64,000 nt of DNA from Peptococcaceae bacterium (GTDB lineage: Bacteria; Bacillota; Peptococcia; Peptococcales; Peptococcaceae), in contig JAFYPD010000028.1 in NCBI GenBank assembly GCA_017547685.1, positions 2,009 to 66,008 of the forward strand, written 5' to 3'. The notes under the pieces are model-generated. The model worked only from the letters and a program-made list of their open reading frames with translations, made no database searches and was not told the origin of the DNA. Within the stretch, counting starts at the first letter, position 1; each line of letters begins with the position of its first letter. This document shows, piece after piece, positions 26,501 to 35,374 of this stretch. The position numbers and the translations under genes are program-made.

Positions 26501-26747
26501 ACAGAAACTGAAATTCCACTTCTGTAATCAGGTCCTGCCGCGCATACTGGCTGCGCATCATCTCGCCGCTGCGTTTTCCGCCGCTGGTTTCATCAAACAG
26601 GGCAAAGGTAATGGCATCAAAGATGGTGGTTTTGCCGGCACCGGTATCACCGGTAATCAGAAACAGGCCGTTCTGCACCTGGGTGAAATCAATACGGGCC
26701 TGCTGGTAAGAACCAAATGCCTGCATGTTCAGATAAATCGGTTTCAC
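23580..26747 (-). CDS. sbcC: Exonuclease SbcC (Rad50-like ATPase)
   Basis: 1055 aa. FLITGDTGAGKTTIFDAI (Walker A), a long coiled coil with the CPVCGSRHH zinc hook, LSGGESFMAALSLAL (signature) and MFIDEGFGSL (Walker B). GTG start directly after the sbcD stop. Confidence 0.9.
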   Translation of the reverse strand: MKPIYLNMQAFGSYQQARIDFTQVQNGLFLITGDTGAGKTTIFDAITFALFDETSGGKRSGEMMRSQYARQDLITEVEFQFLYYDQIYTVIRRPKQEKYKAKTDADGNTVYEKNKTPLGPDVELILPDGTSYPGKKTETDKKIREIIGLDASQFTQIAMLAQGEFMKLLQATSKERMEIFAKIFDTRVYRYMEQELQERAKESSIALKRNEEAIQMELQRLRLMENSAYAEQFETHTCFRASAKADEVTAYISQLIAEAEENRQALSRQETIDQKACDQLQKTLNDAETFNAIWEKYQGFLQIKQNLDDRRGEMERLQQKAALGKKADLVQQKEAAYLDRKQETETCQTELRAMQTAIDTLENARKAQEPAAAEKKAQYEQQQPDFNSRIARIEAAYPQYQAYETAVTRQAQMQNICDTLQKTWQDGETLLAGKMQQKQTTVQRKEELEQKQEHVEVLDGELKRCSELLSEFENLIADMKQLEAARISGQKLRILANEAENMKQRQEEAYNQLYQQFLDSQAAILAQSLEEGQPCPVCGSRHHEPVSHTANTLVESSTLKAAQNKLEQAREEAQKAKSNLQQAISDYKAQEKEVLKNGQKYYDVSFRLPAVSIQDVEAKKSAAAEEKKQLQVRRTAAEKTQQALKKLAETLTALEQEIGQKTTEQQALYQKLQDEKVKLAGYATTVETLKGQLQYSTETDARTAADKLKQQLQQLKTGWETEETKLQNIVHQLQEKRGAQQMQQNTLTSLTEKQNAAYQMFVQTMQAQGFITEGAYRDSRMPLAELEAAEAMLEQYQNQIRENHAQIRTVEDEVKGKEKQDTQSYQAKLQELQVQMKQNRDTATLLFSQIENNRDVHHKVQNLYRSRETMLRENSILRNLDATANGKLSGKHLKFQTYIQRRYFQQIVDNANKRLYVMSGGQFILQCRDTEDLASQGFVGLDLDVYSIVNDQSRDVKTLSGGESFMAALSLALGMADMIQNTASSVHIDTMFIDEGFGSLSEETRNQAIAILNELSGGKRLVGIISHVTELKHQIDRKLVVTKTEKGSKAAWEIL

Positions 26748-27905
26748 CTACACCATCTCCTTTGCTGTTTCAATCACATCGGCAATCACGCGGGCCTCTT
26801 CCTCGCTCATGGGCTGGCCGTTCATCTCCTGATAAAACGCCTGAAAGGCCTCAAACGGTGTCAGATGCTCCTCACTGGACATGGTATGTGCCAGCTTATG
26901 CCGGATGCGCGTGTTATCCAGCCGCACTTCCAGAATTCTGCGATACCGCTCCTCCAGCTGGTCTTTCGGGCGATACAGCCCGTCTTCATCCTTCAGCGTA
27001 ATGCTGACATAATCCTCCAGCGGCGCATGATCCAGATGCAGCAGCTCTTCCAGCGTGCCCTCCAGCTTTCTGACATCATGCAGCGGCGTCAGCGGAAGCT
27101 GCTCTATCTGTAACGGCACACCTTTTTCCTGCAGGGTAACCATAGTGATGCCTTTCTGATGCCGCGCCTCACTCACCGAATATTTCAGCGGTGTACCGCT
27201 GTAGCGAATATGCTCTGCGCCCATCTTCTGTGCACCGTGAATATGCCCCAGCGCCACATAATCAAAGTTCTGCACATGGCAGATATCCACGCTGTCAATA
27301 CCGCCCACCGCAATATAATTCTGTTCCGAGTCACACCGTTCCGGCTCTGCTGTACCAGCCACAAAAAACTGATGGGCAACCAGCACATTGCGCTTTGTAT
27401 CATCAATGGTTTCCCGGTTCAGTACCGCCGCTACGGCTGTATCGTAACTGGTAACCACGCCTTCCTCAAATAACTGCCGCACATCACGGGGACGAATAAA
27501 CGGCAGCAGATAAAAATTCACATCTCCGTACGCATCCTGTACTGTGATTTTTTTCAGATATTCCTCCTGCCCCGGCGCTTTCGCAGAAATATAAATCCGG
27601 CTTTTCTCCAGAAATGCACTGGCATAGCTCAGCCGGGAGGCATTGTCATGATTGCCGGCAATCAGCAGTACCGGCATCGGTTTTGGCAGTCTGGTCAGCC
27701 GGTTCAGAAACTGGTTAAAAATTTCATAGGCCTCGGCCGACGGCGCCGATTTATCATAAATATCACCGGCAATCACCATAACATCCGGTTCATGCGCTTC
27801 CGCTGCCAGAATGATTTTTTCTAACATATCTTCCTGCTCTTCTCTCAGATTATAGTAGTGCAGCTGTTTTCCTATGTGCAAATCTGATATATGAAAAATC
27901 TTCAT
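26748..27905 (-). CDS. sbcD: Exonuclease SbcD (Mre11-like nuclease)
   Basis: MKIFHISDLHIG, IAGDIYD, IAGNHD, VAHQF and LGHIH phosphoesterase motifs. Confidence 0.9.
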   Translation of the reverse strand: MKIFHISDLHIGKQLHYYNLREEQEDMLEKIILAAEAHEPDVMVIAGDIYDKSAPSAEAYEIFNQFLNRLTRLPKPMPVLLIAGNHDNASRLSYASAFLEKSRIYISAKAPGQEEYLKKITVQDAYGDVNFYLLPFIRPRDVRQLFEEGVVTSYDTAVAAVLNRETIDDTKRNVLVAHQFFVAGTAEPERCDSEQNYIAVGGIDSVDICHVQNFDYVALGHIHGAQKMGAEHIRYSGTPLKYSVSEARHQKGITMVTLQEKGVPLQIEQLPLTPLHDVRKLEGTLEELLHLDHAPLEDYVSITLKDEDGLYRPKDQLEERYRRILEVRLDNTRIRHKLAHTMSSEEHLTPFEAFQAFYQEMNGQPMSEEEARVIADVIETAKEMV

Positions 27906-27915
27906 AGCAACCTCC

Positions 27916-30900
27916 CTAGAGTAAATAAATCAGCATACCGGGCAGCGCAAACACAGCCCCCATCCAGCCTCTGTTCTCAATATGCACCAGATAATGGCCG
28001 GCAAAGCCGCGCACCACCCGTTCCAGATGAGCACTGTCCATGGCAATCAGCTGCACCTCGGTCAGACGGGATAAGTCCATCGCCTGCAGCAGTCTGGTGC
28101 CATAGGTTTCCGCTGTTGCAAACACAGCCTGCATCACCGGCTGCATCAGTACATTGCGGCTCTCTTGCGGCAGTAACCGCGGCCACTGTTCCGCCAGCTG
28201 CAGAATCAGCAGTTCGGCTTCATACTGCATCCATTGTTCTGCGTTGTCGTCCAGTAAAATCTCATGTACCGCCTGTTCCAGGGCTTCTGCCGTATCCGGC
28301 CAGCACAGCCACTGCTGCGGCCGTGTAATCGCTATATTTTCCAGCAGCCGCAGCTGGAAGCCGCGCAGCAAATCAGATAGCTGGTCATACGGAACCATCT
28401 GCTGCAGCGGAATGGTTTCCATACAGCCTCGCGTTAACTGACGCAGTGTAATGATACCAATCGTTTCGTCATAAATATTCTGCACCAGCGGCTGCCAGCT
28501 CTGAACAGCAGCTTCCGCATTGCGCTGCCACTGAAACCCCAGTTGAATCTGGACACGTTCCAGCAGCCCGTCTATCTGAATCAGACGGCCCCATGCTGCA
28601 ATCGGCTGGCGGCTGATCTGTTCTGCAGCCTGTCCTGCAATGCGGCCCGCACACTGATGCACCACCGGCTGTTCCAGCAAGGTTTCCAGCACATGTGCCA
28701 TCTGCTTCTGGTCGACCGGTACCTGTAAAACTGCTGGAAACAGATGTTCCTCCCAGCATACCTGAAACAGGCCCTGCAGCTCTCTGCTTTTTACCGACAG
28801 GAAAATCGGCAGTTTCTGATGCAGTACCCGCTCTGCCACCTGTGCCACAATGATATCCCCATCCATCATCGCATATCCCATCCGCTGCATGAGCCCCATA
28901 CGGTTTAAGATGGCGGTCTGCACCGCAGCCGTGATGTGCTCCTGTTTGTTCTGCAGTATCTGCAGCAATGCCTGCTCCGCCATGCGGAATAAGCTGGACA
29001 GGTTCTGTTCCACCCAGTTTCCGCTGCTGTGTTCCAGCCATTGTTTGATCCGTTCCGCCGACAGGAATCGGCCTGCCAGTTTCGCCACATGATTGCTGTG
29101 CTCTTTCTGGCTCATCCACCCCTCTAACTGATTTTGTATATTCCTCCGCAGATGCTGTGTTTCTGCATGCAGTAGCTGCTGCACTGTTTTATCACTGTGC
29201 AAAAGCGCATGGCCTGCTGCCTTTAAATCCGGCACCGACTGGGCAGTTATAAACCGCCGTGCCATATGCCAGAACTGTTCTGCCGATACGATGCTGTTTA
29301 AGTACACATCACGGTGTATCTGCCGGTTCAGCCACTGTTCCAGCATCGGCAATATCTGCTGTTCAGGCTGCAATCCATCGGACTGACTGCTGCGCAGAAA
29401 AGCAAAGGGCATACCGCCAAACCGCTCTAGCATCATGTGCGTGCTCTGTTCTCCGTTCTGTTTCAGCCACTGCAGCAGCGGCTGTACAATGGTCTGTCGG
29501 CGGATTGCCAGCTCTGCGGATACCATCTGCATCACCTGTTCATCGGCTGCCAGTGCATTGCCGAGCGATTGCAGTTCCGGCGCTAACTTCTGCAGCATTT
29601 CGCTTAATATGGTCTCATTGATGACATAGCGGTCCACCAGATGACCCATACTGCGGGCGAACCGCGCCTTCTGTTTTGGAATCACACCCTGCATCATCTC
29701 AATGCCGCCCACCGGCTCATACGGCCAGAATAATCCTTTTACAGCTACACAGTTCGTGCTGTAGCCGACCGCACCAAACACAGCCGACTTCCCGGCCAGC
29801 ACACTGGCAATCACCGCAGGGCTTGCAGCAGCCGTCACAGGAAGTGCCGCCGATAATGCAGTGCCAACAGTAGCGCCAGCCACAGCCCCCATACCGGCAC
29901 CCAGATAATTTAACGGCTGAAATTCCTGACCCATCAAATCTTCTACCAGCTTTAACATCTCTTCATTGCTCAGCCGCTGAATCTGTTCTTCTGCCAGTCT
30001 GCTCAGCTGTCCCTGCATCTTGTCCAGACCGGTCTGCGACAGCAATTGCACCAGCTGCGGCTGCTGTGTTTTTATCCAGCCCTGAGCAAAGGCCAGCAAA
30101 TCGCTCAGTGTATTGTCTGCCGCCATACTGCCAAGCCACTGCTGCCCGCGCTGCATCAGCATCTGTTCCAGCGCTGTGTACAGCGGCCGGTAAACAGCAT
30201 CGGACGAAGCCTGCGGCAGTTTGTCAGCCAGATAGCTGCAGCCCTGCCGCACCGCCTGTTCCACTACAGTATGCAGCCTGGTTTCATCCAGCTGCAGAAA
30301 CTGCGATACAGTCGTTTGTTGCAAGCTATCCCTCTGTTTGAAAAGGAACGCGGATAAATCCAGTTTATCCATGCTGCGCACCACAATATCAGCCAGCAGC
30401 AGTTCTATCTGCTGCTGATGCTCCGCCAGCTTCAGCGAACCCGGCTTCCAGTCCAGCAGGGCTGCCGCCCACGCTTCGCCAGACTTCTCCACCATCCGCT
30501 GCAGATTATCTGTCAGTAATGTCTGCACGACTTTTTGCAGCGCCTGTTTTTCATTTAACTTCTGAACCAGTTCCCCCAGCTTCTGCTCCGTGAGCTGTTC
30601 CCGGATACGCTGCATCAGCAGCACAACTGCTTCATGGCTGGTCTGCTCATTCAGCACACTCTGCTGCAGCAAATCCACCAGACTGCTCTGTTCCAGCACC
30701 TGGGCCAGAACCGTTTCTTTCAGTTGTTCCAGCAGCATGCCTTTCATGCCGCCAATTTCGCCTGCAATCTCGTCGATGGCATCTTCCAGCATGGCATTGA
30801 CCGAGGTTTCATTCCGCTGCAGCCAGTCCATCACCCGTTCCATCACCAGCGGAATCTGCTGCTGCAAAAGTGGGGTCAGCTCTTCCAGTAAACCTTCCGG

Positions 30901-31776
30901 CACAATCTCCGCCGCCGGTACATCAATGGTTTCCAAAGCAAGAATGGTCTGTTCTGCCACATAGGCCAGAAAAGCCTGCCCTTCCTCCGATGCCAGCAGG
31001 TTTTGTACCAGCAGTGCCAGTTCTTTTTCATCACAGGCCAGATACTGGCGCAATGTGTACTGTTCCATTGCACCGTCCAGTTCCAGTAATACCGGACGCA
31101 GTTCTATCTTCTGAATACTGTGCTGCAGCAGCTGATGCAGCACCTCTCCATACTGCAGGCAAATCTGCTGCGGCCACTGCCGGCTCAGCACAGCCGCATT
31201 GTTCAGCACAGTATCACAGAAAGCGCCCAGTCCCAGCTGCTCCAGCGACTGCTGACCGCGCGCTTTCTGCCATCCATTCCAGAATCGTACGGCAAAAGCC
31301 TCCTGCTGTAAGGTATCCAGCAGAATGGTTTCCAGCTGACCGCTGATCTGCTGACACTGCTGTTCTGTTAACAGGCGTTCCACCGGCAGATATTTTTTCA
31401 GCAGCAGTAAAATCTGCTCTTTTTCCTGATGCAGAAACTGCACCAGCAAGTCCTTCAGGAAAGCGGTGATTTCTGCATAATCCGGGAGATCATCCAGTTT
31501 CTGATGTTCCAGCGCCTGCGGCAGCTGTTGCTGCAAAAAATCGTCCAGCGCCTCCGCCAGTGTCTGCTGTACCTCCGGCAGCGCCAGCTGTTTTTCCAGC
31601 ACAGCTCTGGTCAATACCTGATCCTCCAGCAGCAAACCGGCTTCCTTTGCAAAATCATCCCGTGTCTGTTCAATCACGCCGCCCGGCTTAAACAGGCTGC
31701 GAATCGCTGTATCGTTGGTCATATAGCCAGTCAATGCACCGAACAGTGTTTCCGTCAGCAGTTGCATCAGCATCAC
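27916..31776 (-). CDS. 1286-aa membrane protein made of two tandem DUF445-like modules; function unknown
   Basis: The N-terminus LFGALTGYMTNDTAIRSLFKP and the internal FGAVGYSTNCVAVKGLFWPYEP (~nt 29712-29777) both match the DUF445 G-Y-x-T-N-x-x-A-(I/V)-x-x-LF-x-P start. Each module ends in a hydrophobic Gly-rich segment (NYLGAGMGAVAGATVG; NRGWMGAVFALPGMLIYLL). The sequence is very Gln/Leu-rich. Its stop is 10 nt from the sbcD ATG, and the GGAGG lies between them. Confidence 0.6.
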   Translation of the reverse strand: MMLMQLLTETLFGALTGYMTNDTAIRSLFKPGGVIEQTRDDFAKEAGLLLEDQVLTRAVLEKQLALPEVQQTLAEALDDFLQQQLPQALEHQKLDDLPDYAEITAFLKDLLVQFLHQEKEQILLLLKKYLPVERLLTEQQCQQISGQLETILLDTLQQEAFAVRFWNGWQKARGQQSLEQLGLGAFCDTVLNNAAVLSRQWPQQICLQYGEVLHQLLQHSIQKIELRPVLLELDGAMEQYTLRQYLACDEKELALLVQNLLASEEGQAFLAYVAEQTILALETIDVPAAEIVPEGLLEELTPLLQQQIPLVMERVMDWLQRNETSVNAMLEDAIDEIAGEIGGMKGMLLEQLKETVLAQVLEQSSLVDLLQQSVLNEQTSHEAVVLLMQRIREQLTEQKLGELVQKLNEKQALQKVVQTLLTDNLQRMVEKSGEAWAAALLDWKPGSLKLAEHQQQIELLLADIVVRSMDKLDLSAFLFKQRDSLQQTTVSQFLQLDETRLHTVVEQAVRQGCSYLADKLPQASSDAVYRPLYTALEQMLMQRGQQWLGSMAADNTLSDLLAFAQGWIKTQQPQLVQLLSQTGLDKMQGQLSRLAEEQIQRLSNEEMLKLVEDLMGQEFQPLNYLGAGMGAVAGATVGTALSAALPVTAAASPAVIASVLAGKSAVFGAVGYSTNCVAVKGLFWPYEPVGGIEMMQGVIPKQKARFARSMGHLVDRYVINETILSEMLQKLAPELQSLGNALAADEQVMQMVSAELAIRRQTIVQPLLQWLKQNGEQSTHMMLERFGGMPFAFLRSSQSDGLQPEQQILPMLEQWLNRQIHRDVYLNSIVSAEQFWHMARRFITAQSVPDLKAAGHALLHSDKTVQQLLHAETQHLRRNIQNQLEGWMSQKEHSNHVAKLAGRFLSAERIKQWLEHSSGNWVEQNLSSLFRMAEQALLQILQNKQEHITAAVQTAILNRMGLMQRMGYAMMDGDIIVAQVAERVLHQKLPIFLSVKSRELQGLFQVCWEEHLFPAVLQVPVDQKQMAHVLETLLEQPVVHQCAGRIAGQAAEQISRQPIAAWGRLIQIDGLLERVQIQLGFQWQRNAEAAVQSWQPLVQNIYDETIGIITLRQLTRGCMETIPLQQMVPYDQLSDLLRGFQLRLLENIAITRPQQWLCWPDTAEALEQAVHEILLDDNAEQWMQYEAELLILQLAEQWPRLLPQESRNVLMQPVMQAVFATAETYGTRLLQAMDLSRLTEVQLIAMDSAHLERVVRGFAGHYLVHIENRGWMGAVFALPGMLIYLL

Positions 31777-31835
31777 GCATCATCTCCATTCATCCTCTAT
31801 GTAAACAAATCATTTGCAAAATGCGGTAATATTTT

Positions 31836-31864
31836 ATTATAACATAGAAAACAGGGAATTACAA
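31836..31864 (-). promoter_or_regulatory. Sigma-A-type promoter for the DUF445-sbcD-sbcC operon
   Basis: The minus strand reads TTGTAA-N17-TATAAT with a TGt extended -10, about 60 nt upstream of start 31776. Confidence 0.6.
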
Positions 31865-31916
31865 AAAATCAGACAGCGCATCAGGGTTAACATGCCCCGC
31901 AAAATCGAAAATACAT

Positions 31917-31956
31917 AAAAAAGGATGAGACTCCCGGCAAAACCGAGTGTCTCATC
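31917..31956 (-). terminator. Intrinsic terminator after yafQ
   Basis: gatgagac (31924-31931) pairs with gtctcatc (31949-31956). On the minus strand it is followed by tttttt. It begins right after stop 31957. Confidence 0.7.
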
Positions 31957-32244
31957 TTACCTTCCGAACAGATCGCTGTGCGTTCCCGTTCTGGATAATG
32001 TTAATACGAGCAAATCGTTCTCAATCCGATAAATCAATAACCAATCTGGCTGAATGTGGCACTCACGGTGTCCGACCCAGTTCCCGGTCAATGCATGGTC
32101 TTTGTTTTGCTCTGAAAGCTGTTCGCCGCTTGCCAGTTTGCGAATGATGTCATCAAGGAGATCAATGTCCAGATGGCGCTTCATTGCCAATTTATAATCT
32201 TTCTTGAACTGATTTGTCCAAACGATGTCTAAATGTTTGTTCAT
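31957..32244 (-). CDS. yafQ: Type II toxin, YafQ family (RelE/ParE superfamily mRNA interferase)
   Basis: WTNQFKKDYKLAMKR...LSEQNKDHALTGNWVGHRECHIQPDWLLIYRIENDLLVLTLSRTGTHSDLF is the YafQ signature. 4-nt overlap with the antitoxin gene. Confidence 0.85.
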   Translation of the reverse strand: MNKHLDIVWTNQFKKDYKLAMKRHLDIDLLDDIIRKLASGEQLSEQNKDHALTGNWVGHRECHIQPDWLLIYRIENDLLVLTLSRTGTHSDLFGR

Positions 32245-32522
32245 TCTTTCAACGCCCTCAGCGCTTCATCTACATCAGAGTAACGTTTTACAGACGGATC
32301 ACGGGCAATGCGTTCTGCTTCCAACATTGCTGCAATCGTCTCCTTATTCGGCTGCTCTATGCGAACATCAAAAGGAAAACCGCCGACACGAAGAGACTGG
32401 CGGAGAAACACATTGATAGCGGTGGTAAGGTTAATGCCTAATTCACCATACATCGCTTCGCACTGTTTCTTAATATCGCTGTCCATACGGACGCTGAAAT
32501 TAGTAGTAGCCATGTTTGTCAA
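32241..32522 (-). CDS. dinJ: Type II antitoxin, RelB/DinJ family
   Basis: TNFSVRMDSDIKKQCEAMYGELGINLTTAINVFLRQSLRVGGFPFDV is the DinJ ribbon-helix-helix N-terminus. Confidence 0.85.
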   Translation of the reverse strand: MTNMATTNFSVRMDSDIKKQCEAMYGELGINLTTAINVFLRQSLRVGGFPFDVRIEQPNKETIAAMLEAERIARDPSVKRYSDVDEALRALKE

Positions 32523-32645
32523 CCCCCTTCTTTACTATTACACTTATATTGTATGTATTTTGCATTGCATAGTCAATCTATTAGACAGAAAATTTTACGA
32601 CCTAACATAATCAACATACTCACTAACACCTCAACAGAACCATAT

Positions 32646-32680
32646 AAAAAACCGCTATACCAGTATTACTGGCATAACGG
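32646..32680 (-). terminator. Intrinsic terminator after metK
   Basis: The minus strand reads ccgttatgccagtaatactggtatagcgg followed by tttttt, 35 nt after stop 32715. Confidence 0.6.
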
Positions 32681-32714
32681 CTTATCTTTTTATGCAATAT
32701 GCAGTTTGTTCTTC

Positions 32715-33896
32715 TTATTCAGCAACTGCTTTTTTCAGAACTTCCACTTTGTCTAATTTTTCCCATGGCAGGTCTAAATCGGTGCGGCCAAAGTGACCAT
32801 AGGCAGCCGTCTGTTTGTAGATTGGACGGCGCAGGTCCAGTTCACGAATGATGCCTGCTGGACGCAGGTCAAAGTTTTCCAGCACTGCTTTCGCGATTTT
32901 TTCTTCATCCACTTTGTTGGTGCCGAAGGTATCTACCAGTACAGATACAGGCTGTGCCACACCGATGGCATAAGCCAGCTGCACTTCGCAGCGGTCTGCA
33001 AGCCCTGCTGCTACGATATTTTTTGCAACGTAACGGGCAGCATACGCACCGGAACGGTCAACTTTTGTACAGTCTTTCCCGGAGAACGCACCGCCGCCGT
33101 GACGCGCCATACCGCCGTAGGTATCTACAATAATTTTACGGCCGGTTAAGCCGGTATCACCCTGCGGACCGCCGATTACGAAACGGCCGGTAGGATTGAT
33201 GAAATATTTTGTATTTTTATCCAGGAATTCAGCCGGAATTACCGGTTTAATTACTTTTTCAATCACATCTTCACGAATCTGTTCCAGTGTTGCTTCGCCT
33301 TTATGCTGAGTGGAAATAACCACTGCGTCTACGCGAACCGGTTTTTCATCTTCATATTCTACTGTAACCTGAGATTTCCCGTCCGGCAGTAAATAAGCGA
33401 TTTCACCGGATTTACGCAGTTCGGTCAGGCGTCTGGTTAAACCGTGTGCCAGATAAACAGGCAGCGGCATGTAGCTTTCTGTTTCATTGGTTGCATAACC
33501 AAACATCATGCCCTGGTCGCCGGCACCGATTGCATCCGCTTCATCCATATCACCATCTCTTGCTTCCAGCGCAACATCAACGCCCATCGCAATATCCGGA
33601 GACTGTTCGTCAATGGAAGTCAGAACTGCACTGGTGTTGCAGTCAAAACCGTAGGTTGCATTGGTGTAACCGATTTCTCTGATGGTTTCCCGCACAATTT
33701 TAGGCATGTCCACATAGCAGGTGGTGCTGATTTCACCGGCAATCAGAGCCATACCGGTGGTTAAGAATGTTTCGCAGGCTACACGAGCCATCGGGTCTTT
33801 TTCCATAATTGCATCCAGAATCGCATCGGAAATCTGGTCTGCCATTTTATCTGGATGCCCTTCTGTTACAGATTCAGAAGTGAATAATTTACGCAT
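32715..33896 (-). CDS. metK: S-adenosylmethionine synthase
   Basis: [37 protein letters not shown] and [19 protein letters not shown] motifs. Confidence 0.95.
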   Translation of the reverse strand: MRKLFTSESVTEGHPDKMADQISDAILDAIMEKDPMARVACETFLTTGMALIAGEISTTCYVDMPKIVRETIREIGYTNATYGFDCNTSAVLTSIDEQSPDIAMGVDVALEARDGDMDEADAIGAGDQGMMFGYATNETESYMPLPVYLAHGLTRRLTELRKSGEIAYLLPDGKSQVTVEYEDEKPVRVDAVVISTQHKGEATLEQIREDVIEKVIKPVIPAEFLDKNTKYFINPTGRFVIGGPQGDTGLTGRKIIVDTYGGMARHGGGAFSGKDCTKVDRSGAYAARYVAKNIVAAGLADRCEVQLAYAIGVAQPVSVLVDTFGTNKVDEEKIAKAVLENFDLRPAGIIRELDLRRPIYKQTAAYGHFGRTDLDLPWEKLDKVEVLKKAVAE

Positions 33897-33944
33897 TCGT
33901 TCACAACTCCTTGTGTAAATGATATCTTTTCATTTGAAAAATAA

Positions 33945-35141
33945 TTACTTGTTTCTCGCCTGATATAACTGCAATACCAGATCAAGCAGACGGTCCGCCG
34001 CATCCTCTTTCGCCAGCACCGGTAATGCTGTTACACTGCCGTCAGCGCCGTATACGGTAATCTGGTTGGTATCTTTGCCAAATCCACTGTGCTGCTGGGT
34101 TACATCGTTTGCTGCAATAAAGTCCAGATGTTTCCGCTGCAATTTGCCGAGCGCATTCTGCTGCACATCATTGGTTTCTGCGGCAAAGCCCATCAGAATC
34201 TGGTTCTGCTTGTGTTCCCCCAGCCATGCCAGAATGTCAGGGTTACGCTCCAGCTCCAGCACCATATCGCCGTCAGATTTTTTAATTTTCTGCGCTGCTG
34301 CTGTTTTTGGCCGGTAGTCAGCCACAGCTGCCGCCTTGATAACAACATCGGCACTGCTGTACTGTTCCTGCACGGCCGCAAACATGTCCCGCGCCGACTG
34401 CACCGGAACCACGGTAACATTAGCCGGTACCGCCTGACTGGACGGACCGCTCACCAGCACCACATCTGCACCGCGGTTGGCGGCCTGACGGGCAATGGCA
34501 TAGCCCATTTTCCCGCTGCTGTGGTTGGTTATGTACCGCACCGGGTCAACTGCTTCCCGGGTAGGCCCTGCCGTCACCACAATGCGCATACCCTGCAGAT
34601 CCTGCTTCCGCAAGGTTTCCAGCACAGCAGCAATCTGCTGCGGACTTGCCATTTTTCCCTTGCCGGAAGTACCGCATGCCAGATTTCCCTCTACCGGGTC
34701 AATAAAACCATAGCCTGCATCCCGCAGTATTGCGATATTGCGCTGTACCAGCGGATTGGCATACATCTGGTCATTCATGGCCGGTGCAAAAAACACCGGA
34801 GCCGTTGCCGCCATCACACAGGTGGACAGCAAATCATCGGCAAAGCCATGAGCCACTTTACCGATAAAATCGGCAGTGGCAGGCACAATCAGCATACAGT
34901 CCGCCCAGCGCGCCAGGCCGATATGCTCTACCTGCCATTCAGGGCTTTCCTGTATCTGAAACAGACTGGTGTACACCGGATTGCCGGATAATGTCTGCAA
35001 TGTCAGCGGTGTGATAAACTGCTGTGCCGCATCGGTCATGATACAGCGCACAGCATGCCCCTGCTTACCAAGCAGACTGACCAGTTCGGCTGCTTTGTAG
35101 GCGGCAATTCCGCCGGTTACTCCTACAATTACATTTGCCAT
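33945..35141 (-). CDS. coaBC: Bifunctional phosphopantothenoylcysteine decarboxylase / phosphopantothenate-cysteine ligase
   Basis: IVGVTGGIAAYKA, PAMNDQMY, VTAGPTREAVDPVRYITNHSSGKMG and AAVADYRP motifs. Confidence 0.95.
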   Translation of the reverse strand: MANVIVGVTGGIAAYKAAELVSLLGKQGHAVRCIMTDAAQQFITPLTLQTLSGNPVYTSLFQIQESPEWQVEHIGLARWADCMLIVPATADFIGKVAHGFADDLLSTCVMAATAPVFFAPAMNDQMYANPLVQRNIAILRDAGYGFIDPVEGNLACGTSGKGKMASPQQIAAVLETLRKQDLQGMRIVVTAGPTREAVDPVRYITNHSSGKMGYAIARQAANRGADVVLVSGPSSQAVPANVTVVPVQSARDMFAAVQEQYSSADVVIKAAAVADYRPKTAAAQKIKKSDGDMVLELERNPDILAWLGEHKQNQILMGFAAETNDVQQNALGKLQRKHLDFIAANDVTQQHSGFGKDTNQITVYGADGSVTALPVLAKEDAADRLLDLVLQLYQARNK

Positions 35142-35348
35142 TTATTTAATGCCTTCTGTTGTCTGTTCGTAAGAAATCTTATCTTCGCCGATTTCCTGCA
35201 GCGCCATAGTGACAGGTTTTTTTGCGTCGCCGCTGTTCAGCGGTTCCGCACCGTCAACAATTTCTCTCGCCCGTTTTGCTGCTGCACAAACCAGAGAATA
35301 TTTGCTGTCTGCTTTTGTTAATAATTTGTCAATTGTCGGTTCTACCAT
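35142..35348 (-). CDS. rpoZ: DNA-directed RNA polymerase subunit omega
   Basis: MVEPTIDKLLTKADSKYSLVCAAAKRAREI. GGAGG sits 7 nt upstream of ATG 35348. The track start 35408 would overlap gmk. Confidence 0.85.
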   Translation of the reverse strand: MVEPTIDKLLTKADSKYSLVCAAAKRAREIVDGAEPLNSGDAKKPVTMALQEIGEDKISYEQTTEGIK

Positions 35349-35374
35349 GTTAAGACCTCCATGTTCTATTTGAC

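Noticed and set aside
24174-27113. Many + strand ORFs (up to 357 aa at 26040..27113) across sbcC and sbcD
   Set aside because: They are antisense shadows of coiled-coil-encoding, codon-biased genes. They are rich in Leu/Phe/Cys/Gln with no motifs, and one crosses the sbcC/sbcD boundary. The minus-strand genes have complete Rad50/Mre11 motif sets.
23580-27905. Possibility that the SMC-like ATPase plus nuclease pair is a defence system (Lamassu- or Wadjet-like) rather than SbcCD
   Set aside because: The sizes (1055 and 385 aa), the CPVCG zinc hook, the full Mre11 phosphoesterase motifs and the abutting gene order are those of canonical SbcCD. Only the upstream DUF445 gene is unusual, and it is reported separately.
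28469-29119. 216-aa alternate-frame minus ORF and several + ORFs inside the DUF445 gene
   Set aside because: Their Gly/Ala/Pro/Arg-rich composition is typical of off-frame translation of GC-rich codons. They are fully nested in a 1286-aa ORF with recognisable terminal motifs.
34089-34991. 300-aa + ORF
   Set aside because: It is antisense to coaBC, which has unambiguous motifs.
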